From Octopus bimaculoides (Eukaryota): a stretch of DNA of 64,000 bases. The stretch is taken from positions 150,387,248 through 150,451,247 of the forward strand of contig NC_068982.1 in NCBI RefSeq assembly GCF_001194135.2. Reading direction: 5' to 3'. Within the stretch, counting starts at the first letter, position 1. The number at the start of each line of letters is the position of its first letter. Shown one piece after another: positions 50,999 to 63,645 of this stretch. Under the pieces are notes generated by a model that saw nothing but the letters and a program-made list of their open reading frames with translations, was not told where the DNA came from and searched no databases. Position numbers and translations under genes: made by a program.

Positions 50999-52469
50999 TA
51001 TTATAAATGCAAAGCTTTCCTTTCGCTTTCTAACTTTTCCCCCTTATTTATATATATATATTTCTATATATATATATATAGTTTTTTTTTTTTGCTCAGT
51101 GAAAGCCTTACATTCCACACAGAGTTTCTTAGATTATTAAAAGAGAATTTCTCTTCTTTCTTATCCTCTCTGTATGTATTACTGTAAATATAAATATGTA
51201 TAAATCCTTGACTACATAAATAACAGTAAAACTGATGATACTATAGCGAAAACTGCTAAAAGGTTCTGGAAATTCAGAAGATAATCGTTACTAGCAGCAA
51301 TTTACTCTTTCTCTACAATCGTTTTATCAATACAAAAATGACCAAACAAGAAGGAAACTAAAAGTCTATATCTTGTTCGTCTTATTATTAGTAGTATTAT
51401 TGACGTCTCGTGTATTCTGATCGTCTGATAAACATATTTTCGAAGAAGCACTTGGTTGAAGCAATCCAAAGAACATATGGACCAACATCAGACATCAACA
51501 ACCAGCATCATTTCCTCAAATTTCTTTAAACCGAAGAAACCCTGTCTCACTCTTCTTATCTGCTTTTTTTTTTCCTATTTGTCGCTGGAATTATTAGAAG
51601 CAGAGATGGTGGTGTAGCTGTTAGTGAGACATGAGTAATAAATAGGGTGGAAGTGTTGGAAAAACAAGTGAGGGACGGAATGCTTAGTTAGATAATTAGA
51701 GGGTGAGAATGAGAGAGACAGCAGACAGAACAAAGGTAGAAAAGTAGAAAGTCATGAAGGAGTAGCGGTGATGACAAAGAAGATGTAGATTAGAGAGAGT
51801 GTGTGTGTGACGGTTTGAGAGACAATTACAGGAAAGGATGTAGATTAAATAAAGAGAGAGAGAGAGGAGAGCAGGGGTAGGGAAAAACGCAGTTGGAGGA
51901 GCAGCAATGGGAGAGAGTATGAGAACTAATAGAGACAATGACAAAGAAGATGTAGATTAGCTAAAGAGATAGATAGACGAAAGAGAAAGCAGGCGAAAGA
52001 ACTGTAACAGAAACTGAACAATGTAGAGAGAGAGAGAGAGAGATACAGGCAGACGTGAAGGAAGAAAAGGGTGATAAGGAGAAAAATAAATGTCAGTGAG
52101 TGAGTGAATCGTTTAGAGAATAACGGAGAGTCGGTAAAACTGCAGTCTTCAATGATTACTGAGTGTCTGTGATACCTTCACCTATTTTCTGTGTAGTACT
52201 TTCCTCCTACAGCTTCTCTCTCTCTTTCTCTCTCTCCACACACACGTACATATATAAAGAGAAGGGCTCGTTTTAAATTTGTATGGAAGTCAGAATAGTT
52301 ACATACGGTTCATCTGAGGATACACACAAATTTATATACAAACGTGGGGTAGGACAGTGACGTTATATTGTATATTAATACATTACTAAACAAATATGTT
52401 GATGGACTCTTTCATCGCTTCTACAAATGAGGGTTTAGCATGACACTTGTTATATGGACTGTTAGATAT

Positions 52470-52715
52470 GTGCTGGAACCATGTAAAAATGCACCCATGC
52501 TGGTGCCACATAAAAGCACCTGTGCTGGTGTCATATAAAATGTACTCAGTACACTCTGTATAAAGTGGTTGGCATTAGGAAAGGCATCCAGCCATAGAAA
52601 CCATGCCAAAATAGATGACTGGAATTGGTGCAGCCCTTCAGCTTGCCAGCTCTGTTAAACCATCCATCCCATGCCACTATGGAAAATGAATGTTAAATGA
52701 TGGTAATGATGACGA
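52470..52715 (+). repeat. RTE 3' tail repeat
   Basis: AAAGCACCTGTGCTGGTG..GGTTGGCATTAGGAAAGGCATCCAGCC..GTTAAATGATGG. Confidence 0.75.
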
Positions 52716-53392
52716 GGGAGTGATGGTAAGACACCTGCTGTGTGGATGATACCTGTTGAGCCAAAAAGTCATGTCTAGAACTGTCTTCTTGTTGCTAGAC
52801 AATCAAAATGTCTGTTTCTAAATGGCATATAAATCACAAAAAATCGAGATTATCTTCCTTCCTTATTTGGAGTTTGTTGTAACTGCAACAAGTGGCATTT
52901 GGTTATTTTTATCTTAAAGAGAATGCCATACAAAATAAATCAAGAATTTATTTTGTATGGCATTTTAAATACTTTTATTTGTCTCTGTTGTTCATATTCA
53001 TGCCACTGACCACTCTGAGTTATTTCTTTATCTTAATATTCATTATATGTACAAGGAGGTACCCAAAAGAAACCAGAATTTTGCAATATTATTTCATTCA
53101 CTTAGTTTTACATGTTTACACTTTTATCACCTTCAAAGTATTCTCCATTTGAAGCAATGCATCAGTCCCGATGCGTTTTCCACTGTTGGAATCAGTCCTG
53201 GAACTCTTGTGAAGTGATGCCTTTTAATGCCTCCATTGTTTTTTCACCCCTTCCACACCTGCAAATTCTGTGACACCAGCTTTCATCACAGGTGATGACT
53301 TTTGAAGAAAAGGTCTGGATCAACTGCCAACTGTTCTTTTTAGTTTATGCCATGCATTCAGTCATGATTGCTTTTGATCTTCTGTGAGCAAG

Positions 53393-53396
<4 letters not shown>

Positions 53397-53424
<28 letters not shown>

Positions 53425-53600
53425 GTTTAAGGTCTGCTTTCCATGCTGGCATGGGTTGGACGGTTTGACTGAGGACTGGCGAGCCAGATGGCTACACCAG
53501 ACTTCAATCTGATCTTGCTACGCTCAAATGGTGTTTTTTATGTGCCACCTGCATGGGAGCCAGTCCAGCGGCACTAGCAATGACCTCACTTGAATGTTGT
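53397..53600 (-). repeat. RTE-type 3' tail repeat, antisense, long (CAT)n (another antisense copy ~59190-59340)
   Basis: (CAT)n CGTTTAAGGTCTGCTTTCCATGCTGGCATGGGTTGGACGG. Confidence 0.75.
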
Positions 53601-53858
53601 TTTTCACGGAGGCATAAATTTTGCTGCAACTCTTTTCATTTGCAATTCCTTGCTCAAAATTTGGCATTGCCATGTGTTCTTAGGCTACAATCATAGCTAA
53701 GAGTTATCCATTGCTGTTTGGTTAAGAAATTTACATTGCAATCTTACAGCTCCTTGTTTGATCTCACTTTGTAGAAAATGTCTTCTGCCATAGACTGGAG
53801 TTGAGACAAATTTTGAAGGTAAACTTTGGGGGAAACTGGCTGTGAGTGGTAAACTTAA

Positions 53859-54086
53859 CCCTTTAGTCATCATATTTCAGTTGAAATACTGGTTTTATTT
53901 CAATTAATATTGAAAATAACGAAGAATTTAGTAAATTAACTTTGGCATTATTAAGATGGTGTTTAGAACTTATGATAACATTGAAATTTTGATGAAAGGT
54001 TTTAATTTATTAATTTAAATCACTTTAAGCATAAAGTTTGTTTCATAGAACTGAGGACAGTCTTGGGTAGGTTGGTATCAAAAAGG
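53859..54086. mobile_element. 228-bp piggyBac-type MITE
   Basis: TTAA|CCCTTT..AAAAAGG|TTAA ends (TTAA at 53855-53858 and 54087-54090); short imperfect TIR. Confidence 0.55.
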
Positions 54087-56616
54087 TTAATCCACCAGCT
54101 AGTTTGACTGTACCATCATCACTAGAAACTTGTCTTGTTATCAGCAGGGGATAGCTGTGGAAGAAGACAAGGTCAGATTTAAGGATATTGAGTCTTATGG
54201 ATGAGATGTTAAGGGATTACAAGTGAGAATGTACAGTATGGTAGACTTATTATTCATGTCAGTTTGGAAGAATGACAGTTAATTTTTAAATGTAAGTTTG
54301 CAATTGACAAAACTGGTGTTTGATTTGAAATGTTAAATAGATAAGATACAAATTACCCGAGAAGATTCCTGTGTAGCTCAGATAATTTTCCTAAATAGTA
54401 CTGATAATTCAATAATGCATGACAATGTAAAATAAAGTGTTCACTCCAGAGACAGTAAAATATATGTTATAGTTTTGAATCCAAAACTACGTAAACTCAA
54501 TAATTTTGTTTTTATGTTATTATTGTAGTATGTCACTAATGTCTTTGGCTTGACCTTTTACCTATTATTTCTCTTTTACCTATTATTGTGATTTAAATTA
54601 TATACCTGCTATTTCATGATGTTTGCTTTTTGACATAACTTAAAATTCAAGTAATGACAAATATAAGTTACACAAAATCAGTTCTGAGTTTTGTTTGTAT
54701 CAAATTTATGTTACCTGATATTTTCACTAATCAACTCTTACTAATTTGACACAATATCTTTTTGTGATTAGATGTGATATTTGACTGAAATATTTCAGAG
54801 ATTAATGTAATTCTATATTACTTAGACGAGGAATTTATATTATATATACACTCAAGAAGACCAGTCCACCGCAACAGAATTAATACTGTTGCTGGTATCA
54901 TGTGAAAAGCACTCATGCTAGTGCCATGTTAAAAGCATTAGGAAGGGCATCCAGCTGTAAAAACTGGCTATATGACACAATATCTGTGTCCTTATATTTC
55001 AAACAGGGAGTCCAGCACTCCCATTCAGCACAAAACAACATCTGTGGACCGGTTTCTGGGTTATTGCTCCTTATCAACACAGAGTAGCTGCTTGGCTAGG
55101 TGGCATTGCTGAATCCACTGTTTGAAAATATATAGTTTTCAAAGTGACACATGTTCACTGATCTAATAGAGAGAAACATTATTTCTATATCTCTCAAAGA
55201 TATTCAGTAACAATTCTTTAAAGTAAAGGCTATTTGCCAACATAATGTGTCTGTCCTGGAAAGGATGAATGTTACTGATGATGTTATTGTAGAACATTAT
55301 AGTAACATATAAATATATGAAGACAATTATTTCTGTGGATGTATTTCTGCTGCTACTTAACTAATGGTAAAAACATAATAAAAAATGTTTACTTTTTAAA
55401 TATCATTGTGAATTTGCAGAGATTAATATAGATTAGCTTCTGACTCTGCAGTCATGTAACCTCAGTTAACCCTAATCTACAAGCTCAAGAACGTAGGAAG
55501 TTAAAATACTGTGCATCAGTTGTTGAGCCTTAGTTCCAGATAAGGCACTTGATAGTCAGAAGCATATTCTGACCTGCAATGATCAATCATAAAGACTGCA
55601 ACAAAAACATCTAGAAATGTATTTTTTCCTTCCACAGTCCAATCTATTTCTGTATACCTATAGATTTTGCTGGTTACTACACATGATGTGCACATTTTGG
55701 ACATGGTTGGAGCATAATAGTCGTCTTTTTTTTCAGTGTTGTGTCTCCTAGCTATGTAGTTTTTGTTGTTGGCACTGTTTTTTGGTGTAGAATTTTTTAT
55801 GATCATCTGGACTGAGTGGGAAATATAGTAATATTTTATTTTTAGTATGGTATTGTGATAGAATTAGCAGAAAATATAGACATTTCTGGGTGATTCCACA
55901 TGCAGTGACAAAGGATGTGTGGCTTGGAGCTTGTTGTCGCAATAATGTTCTTTGTAATCCGTTATTTGGATTTCATTATGTAAGTGCTGTGTGGACGTGG
56001 TCTTTGAGCAATTTCTGATAAAATGTGTTATTTTCTGTTCTCTGTAGTAGACTGAGTGTCTCAGCAATAGGTAAAACTAGCATGATCCATGATAGATTTA
56101 GCATGTTGTTCCTCAACTCAGAAGCTAATACCTAGATTTGGTTGATATTAGAAACAGCAGTTAATTCTTCTTCAAACTACACTGTTAAGATGTAGAAAAT
56201 GGAAAATGCAATTCTGCAGTATCTTGGATTTGAGAAATCAAACTTCTGAAGAGTATATTATTTAGGTAACATTTACCCAAAATCTTGGAGCCTATTCCTC
56301 ACAGCCAAGGGATCAGAAGGACATAAATGCATTAAATGTTTGACCTAAAGAGATTTGACGTTTGTTCATTCTATTTTGAGTAAAACCATCTTCTGAGCTA
56401 CATGATTTAGGTGACTCTTCTTAAGCCCACCAATGAGTGGCATTCTTTATTGTTATGTTGAGGTAAGTTCTAGGCCACCCATGGAGAAAATTTTAATTGC
56501 ATACTTCTAGTTTTTAAACTGGAACACATCACTAAAGATTTTGAAAATAATCACATTGTAAGAAGAAATTACATGAGAATAAGCGATTGCTATGTACCTG
56601 TGTATGAGGTTATTTA

Positions 56617-58088
56617 CATTGAACTGCAAAAGAAAAACGAGATATGTGTGACTGTGAAATATGTTTTAATTTCATTATGTCAGAGATAAATTTTGATAAA
56701 TCTGACAAAGTCAATTTCTTGGATCCACTGTCGGATGTGACATGTTCAATACTGTGTATACCCTCCCTGGGTGTTCAAAATGGCCATACACCATTGGTAC
56801 ATGGAGTGCATGAGGTGGTTCACAAAAGCCATTAGCACCTGTGTCCACCCCCTCAGGAAAGCTACCTCCAGTTCTACATGAGTTGTCAGTCTTGGGACTA
56901 CCTGGTTCAGCCGTCTCTGGATTTCATCTCACAGGTATTCAACTGGGTTCAAATCTGGGCTGAGAGCCAGCCACGGCGTGGTTCTGATATTGTGTTGATG
57001 CAGGAAGTCCATGGTGACCCTGGCCATGTGGGAGGTAGCCTTGTCCTGCTGGAACACGTGGCTATGGTGATGCATGAAGAAGGGCGTGATGTGAGGTCTT
57101 AGGATCTGGTCAACGTAGCGCTGTGCTGTGATGCCATTTCCTCTGCCTGCACCAACATTTTGGAACACATGGGGCCCAATTCTCTGATTCAGGCCTACAA
57201 CACCCCAAACCATGATGCTTTGGCCACCTCATGCAATTCTCTTTGTGACACATGTGTCTCTGTAGCGTTCACTCCCTCCTACACCACACCCTCACTCTGC
57301 TATCCGAGGTGGAAACACAGTACCGACTCTCATCAGAGAAGACTATTGACCTCCATTGTTGATGCTGCCAATGTTGGTGCTGTGTAGCCCACTGTAGTCA
57401 TGCCTGACAGTGGCAGGTGGTGAGGACAGGCCCTCAAACAGGATAATGGCAACACAGGTTGTATCAGCCAGTTGACGTTGTATCGTGTCATCACTGATGC
57501 ATTGCTGTCCAGTGCCAATGGTCTTGCAAGCTGTCATGCTGGCCAGTCTGAAACGATCAAGAATGTGTTGCAGGTGGATGAAGTGGTCCAGCCTGGGCCT
57601 GCCTGGGGGCACCCTCTGCAGTCATGGTCTGCAGTGCTGTTGGTGTTGTTGTATTGTTGTTTCAGGCAATAGATGGTGCTGATATGGACATTGTAAGCTT
57701 TTGCAACAACCAGGGCACACTGCCCTGCTTGCAATTGATTGATAGCTTGTTCTCTCTGCACTGCTGACAATCAGGTCATACCCGATGCGTCCAAATTACG
57801 AATGCCAGGAACATGGTTCAAGTTGATTTTTATACCCATAATCTCCACGAGATGCACATGCATTTCGGTTTTCATGACAATTGTTTGCAACTGCCATCTG
57901 CAACATTTAATGTAGCTGTGTTTTGGCATCTCATTTCAGGGAAAGTTGAAAGATTACCTGCAATTTGGGTCTCAGCCATAAACTAGCATGTCTTGGAATA
58001 TTTACACTTACATCCCCAAAATAAATTTTCAGAATTTACCATATAAAAATGACATTTGAAAAAATCATATTTCTTTTGCAGTTCAGTG
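56617..58088 (-). mobile_element. Full-length (1472 bp) Tc1-like DD34E transposon, inactive
   Basis: 19-bp TIR CA[T/C]TGAACTGCAAAAGAAA; TA at the left end, AA at the right. Transposase 57779-56746: MT*LSAVQREQAI..LQAG HTH, FQQD-34aa-E (SPDLNPVE), GGYTQY*. Confidence 0.88.
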
Positions 58089-58285
58089 AATTGTAAATTA
58101 AGTTTTAACTGCAAAAAAATCCAATTTCTGAGTGAAGCAAGGAATTTCTGATGGTAGAAAAAGATGCCACCTTGGAGGATGCAGAGCAGCCCTTGACATT
58201 ACCTTGGGGAAGCAGAGGGGCCCTTGATATCACCTTGGGGATGCAGAGGGGCTGGCATGAGACTGCCAGTAATGGAGAACACTGG

Positions 58286-58357
58286 TGGTCCCAGAGGTGT
58301 CATCATGCATAGAGCCAATCCTGATTGGCTCTATGCATGATGATGCCACTGGGACCA
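58286..58357. repeat. 72-bp near-perfect palindrome
   Basis: 21-bp perfect arms (58300-58320 / 58323-58343) around a 2-nt spacer, plus outer 9-bp arms TGGTCCCAG / CTGGGACCA. Confidence 0.9.
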
Positions 58358-58437
58358 TGAATTTGGAATGACCCCACCCCCATTAAACAAGAGCATGAAG
58401 CCAAGCCAAGCCAAGCCAAGAAAAAGATGAACCAACT

Positions 58438-58642
58438 GGATTATACCAATCCTTTTCTTAATCCTTTCTAGTCAAAGGGACCAGCAAGACAACAGGGATC
58501 TCAGATAGATCATCCCCACTCTTCTCTTGGATAGATGTTCTGATAAGAGTCAGAAGTCCATCACTCCTCAAATGGTGTTAAAGTATGCTCATTCACTATT
58601 TTGAATATTTCTATATCATTGTGCATTTTCCCAGATAGTAAT
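58438..58642 (+). repeat. ~205-bp direct repeat, copy 1 (copy 2 at 61040-61248)
   Basis: GGATTATACCAATCCTTTTCTTAA..CAGATAGTAAT occurs twice, 2.6 kb apart, with scattered substitutions and one small indel. Confidence 0.9.
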
Positions 58643-61600
58643 TGACTCTACATTGGGTTTACCTGTCCTTTTGATAGGGTGTACTTTGTTCACTTGAGTC
58701 TCTAATAACACCAGGTTAGTCTGGTAGGAGTGTTGGTTTAGTCACTGATGATCTGGTCATGTAATGAAATATGCTGGCCTACTTGTTCCCTGCAGTATTC
58801 AAAGTGATCTGACGTAACTAATTTTCCCATTATTATTTGGAATATAACTTATAACTTATGGGCAAAATTATAGTGGGACTGCTGCCGTCTGACTCCTAGT
58901 TATTGATGCAATAATGAGATTTCAATTGAGATTTAATTTCAATATAGATATTGGTCTTGGATGAGTTTACACAAGAACAAGTGTTGTTTTAGATTGGTAA
59001 TAAAACCAAGGAATGGCTAGGGTTGATAAGTAACATAAAACCAGTGGGACCTACATTTGTAACACAAGACCAAGGGTAGTTTTTAGTGATTTGGTAACAT
59101 GAGTCAAAAGGTGACTTTCAATGAGTTTATAAAAAGAAACAAAGAGTGATCTAATCTAGGTTAGTATTAGAAAGAGTGATTACACAGATCATCATTACCA
59201 TCATCATCATCATTTAGCATTTGTTTTCCATGCTGGCATGGGTTAGATGGTTTGATTGGAATTGGTAAGCTGGAGAGCTGTACCAGGCTCCAGGCTGATT
59301 TTGGCTTCATTTCTATGGCTGGATGTCCTTCCTAACACCAGTAATTAATCAGATATAAACATAAACAAAGAAAAAAAATGTCTTTATAATATTTTGTAAT
59401 ATGAGTACTTGTAACATTTAACCTTTAAAATTTCATGATTTAATATAAGATGCAGGAGACATTTCTTACATAAACACTGAAACCAAATACTTTAAATGTT
59501 CTGTTTTGGCTACCATAAGCTTAAAACATGCACTTTGCATTTTTTAAAACTTCATTTTAGTTTTAAAAATTAAGGTCATTCTGGAGGTACACTTACAATG
59601 CTAATTGTTCTACATTTTATATGCTTTCTTCTGTATACTGTGGGTACAATTTTGTTATGTTAAGTATCAGTAATTGTTAAACCAGCACTTTGAAATATGC
59701 TCTACCTTGGTTCTAGATGGTTGGCCCAGGTTCCAAGAAAAACACTGTTTTATAATCTGAATTTCTGACATAATTCTGTGCTAAATTTCTATATTACTAG
59801 TGTCTTTTGAATAGGCAAAAATGGTCCTATATACCAGGGCATAAGCTTAGATGTATGTGGTGTGTATATCTTTTTAGGAGTTGAAATTTCAACAAACAGA
59901 ATATGTTTAGTGCTTATCTCTTATGTAATTCTCGGGAACCTATGAGCTGTAATTTCACTGATATGGTAGCATTTACTGCAACCTGGTATGACTGTCTATA
60001 TTTGTCTGAATTAGTTATTACGATATTGATGATAAAAGGTTTTAGTGCTTGTTTTTCTCAGTTGGAAAGATTTACAATATGGCAAATCACTACTTGTCTT
60101 AAACCTGTGTCATATTCTGTGGGAGAAGCAACATTTTGTGATCTAAGCTCATTACTTCCTCATCAAACGATACCAACATCTTTTTGTCTGAGGGGTCACA
60201 ATTGAGCATTTGTATGGTGGACATTTAGTTGAAGAGTTAATTGTTATTATGTTCAAGACACTTAACTGTTCACGTGTATCATAGATAAATAAAGTCAACA
60301 GCTGCAAGTAGCAGTTTTAGTCTGTAGATGATGCATGAGTGTTTCATAAGGTTGCAGTGCTGAATTTAAATTCTGCTATGGATTCTGTCAGACTGGTTCT
60401 CCCACAAAACTGACTTCAGATGAAGTTTACAAACAATCTCATTCATGAATTATGAGATACACCAATAATGTATCTTGTGTGGCTTTTGGGTTTTGTTGGG
60501 GGTGGAGAGAAAGAGAGAGAGAGATTTTGTATTTGGAAGATGTGTTATTACCTAAAAGCTGATAGTGCCATAATACATTAATAATGATAACCCACATATT
60601 TATCCAAATACCATGTGATCAAGATTAATACAAACTTATTGAAGTGCAATCTGTAGATTAAATTACTCTAACTCAAGCAAAAATGTGTTTAAATGATTCA
60701 ACTATTTTCTGTGAATATTTACACTATCTTTCTTTGTCTTTAACTGCTATATTTTATATATCAGTTGATTCTAAGAAAGCTGAGAAAAACAAAACAGTTC
60801 CTTATTGGCAGATTGATATAGATAAGTATTATTCACATTACTAAAAAGAAATTACTTTTAATATGGTCACTAACCTTTTACAAGTAGTAGCTAAATCTCT
60901 TTCAAATTACGTCATACTGACTTAAAAAGAGAATGATATATTAGCTAATGTAATCCTAAATAAACTATCTGAATATAAGAGTGAATGGTCATGGCTGAAG
61001 CACTTTACATCATAAGTTTTCTGGATGATGGACCAAATGGATTATACCAATCCTTTTCTTAACCCTTCGTAGTCAAAGGAACCAGCAAGACAACAGGGAT
61101 ATGAATTCAGATAGGTCATCCCCACTCTTCTCTTGGATAGTTGTTCTGATAAGAGCCAGAAGTTCATCACTCCTCAAATGGTGTTAAAGTATGCTTATTC
61201 ACTATTTTGAATATTTCTATATCATTGTGCATTTTTGCAGATAGTAATATATCAAAACACAGAAGGAAGAATATGAGGTAAAAAAACCCCAAACAATTTC
61301 ATAAAATAGCAACAAAATATTTCCCCTAAAATAGAGAGCTGGAATATTAGTTGAGCCACTATAAGTATATTTGTGAAAAAACAAATGTTTGAATGGCAGT
61401 TTAGAAAAAGAGCTAAGAGAAAAAAATATTTCAAAACAAGCTATATTCAGTATACAATCAAATTGCTTTACAAAAGCTTTTTTCCATGATTCAAACTTCC
61501 ATATTATAAAACAAGAAGAAATTAAACTGATCGATATTCCAAAGATATAATTATATCAAAGTCTTTATATTACAGCTATAGAGGGTGACAAAGAGAAGAT

Positions 61601-63189
61601 AGTTGCAAGGCGTTACATGAAATAAGTTCCAAAAATTTGACTTGCACAAGATTACAATGGACTGAAAGTCTGCCAAGTGTGGCTCCAATCTGTCAATAAA
61701 CATACCTCCTTTTTCTGTAAGATTTCGTAAAAAACAGCCAAGAATAAAAAAACATTAGGCTGCCAAAATTTATTTAATTCTATCAGAATTACTTTAAACT
61801 AATTTTCTCATTTTGTCTCATTTTACATAAAGCAATGGGTAATCAGTGTGTGTGTAGTAATTTTACTGACCAGTGTATATCAAGTGTAATCAACATATAT
61901 TGTGTGTACAGTGTATGATCAGTCTATCTGTGAGTATAAACAATGCTTACTTTGTGTAGACCAGCAGATCACCAGTACATCTGTGTGTAACAATTGCTGA
62001 TCAGTGTCCCCACCCTGGCAAGGGTGGAGACATCAAAGTTCAGTTTAAACTTCCGACAGTAAAATGAATGGTTAAGGTAAAGTGCTTAGTACATAGTGAA
62101 ACAATAAGTTATAAGTAAAAAGATGGGTGCAACAGGTGGGTCAGGGAGGAGGTGGTACATAGCTTGCTTAGCTGCAGAAGAGACAGAAAAAACAGACAGT
62201 AGGGCTATGATTGTCATCATCATTCTTAGATGAGGATAAACAACTGATCCCAACCAGTGATTTGACTAATTAAAAACCTAAAATATATAAGCATCAATCA
62301 TAACTGAAAAATATGTCTGGCCATGGGAAATATTACCTTGTTTGGAAACAGGAGAGAATAGCAACAGGAAGGGCATCTGACTAAAAAATCTGCTTTAACA
62401 AAAATTTTGTTTGACCTATGCTAGCATGGAAAAGTAAACGTTAATGCAATGGCACTACTGGTTATCAACTAAGCATTTCTCTTCTGTATACCTGAGTATA
62501 CTTTAGGTTTTTAATTAGTCAAATCAGTTTCTAAACAGTCTACAGTTGGTCAACTAGCAAATTGAACATTATTATAGTTTAATTTTCTTAACACTTTTAG
62601 CCAACGTTACTAATGTTAACACTAACACTCCTCACTAGACTATTAATCAACCAAGTAGAAAATGTAGATTCCTAGGAAGTAGGTATAAACATGAGTTAAC
62701 ATAGCAATAAGCAGAATTTAAAAAGATAAATGAGTGTGACAGAGACACCAACACAAAAGTTGAATTCATGTAGTGTATGGAGGGTAAGTTACTCCACTTT
62801 TCCAATCTATGGGTGAATGAACTCAGTAAAATACTGATAAAATACTCCACTGTTGACAGCAATGAACTGTACTTACTTACCACAAGAGTGAACAAACTGT
62901 TGAGAGATAGACATGGATACAATGAATACAGTTGACAGTTGTATAGGTAGATGGACAAAGTGATTATCAATTTCTTATTGAAGAACAATCATTCTAATTA
63001 AGCAGCAAAATGAAATTAGGCAGTTTTATAACATTAAGTGTTGTCTAGGACAAAGAGAAAACTATTTTTCTTTAGTGTTGTATATAATCATAAGCAAATA
63101 AATACTTATAGAGAGACCTAACTATTATGTGTATTATCATTCAATCTTAACTGTTACATCAATATATTTTTAATTAATAATCAAGAACT

Positions 63190-63510
63190 CAAAAAAATTT
63201 AATCAAGCTTAGCTCTGAGGGAGCTAAATTTGGACAATATGCTGGGTTTGATTTCCTCAAGCTCCTTGGTGTTTAATCTGTGTTGTTCGAGCAGTGTGAG
63301 GTCTCGCTTTCTGTTAACTAATGCCAGGGTATTTTTGCTGCACAATGGCATACATTTGTTCCAGCTGTTTAGAGTACAGGTTGGCAATGATGATTTGACG
63401 ATCCAGAATGAATTTGTAGTAGATTACCCACTCATAATTCCACCAGATGTAGAGCATCAACTTGTATTTGAAATGCCCATATTTGGTGACAAGTTGTTTA
63501 GATGGTAATT
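63190..63510 (-). pseudogene. mariner transposase fragment
   Basis: KLMLYIWWNYEWVIYY..LYSKQLEQ..KYP.LVNRK..RPHTA..PAYCPNLAP remnants. Confidence 0.65.
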
Positions 63511-63645
63511 TTTTTAATTACAAAAATAAAATCTTTGATAAATAAATGCTAAACATAGATTGCTTCATGTTTAATTCCAGTACACTTGTTCAGTTTCTTT
63601 GCATGTTGACATGTTGCACACCTACTGTTTTCACATTCTATTGTT

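Noticed and set aside
55516-56100. Minus-strand ORFs faintly resembling an LTR integrase
   Set aside because: No convincing HHCC or DDE motif could be aligned by eye.
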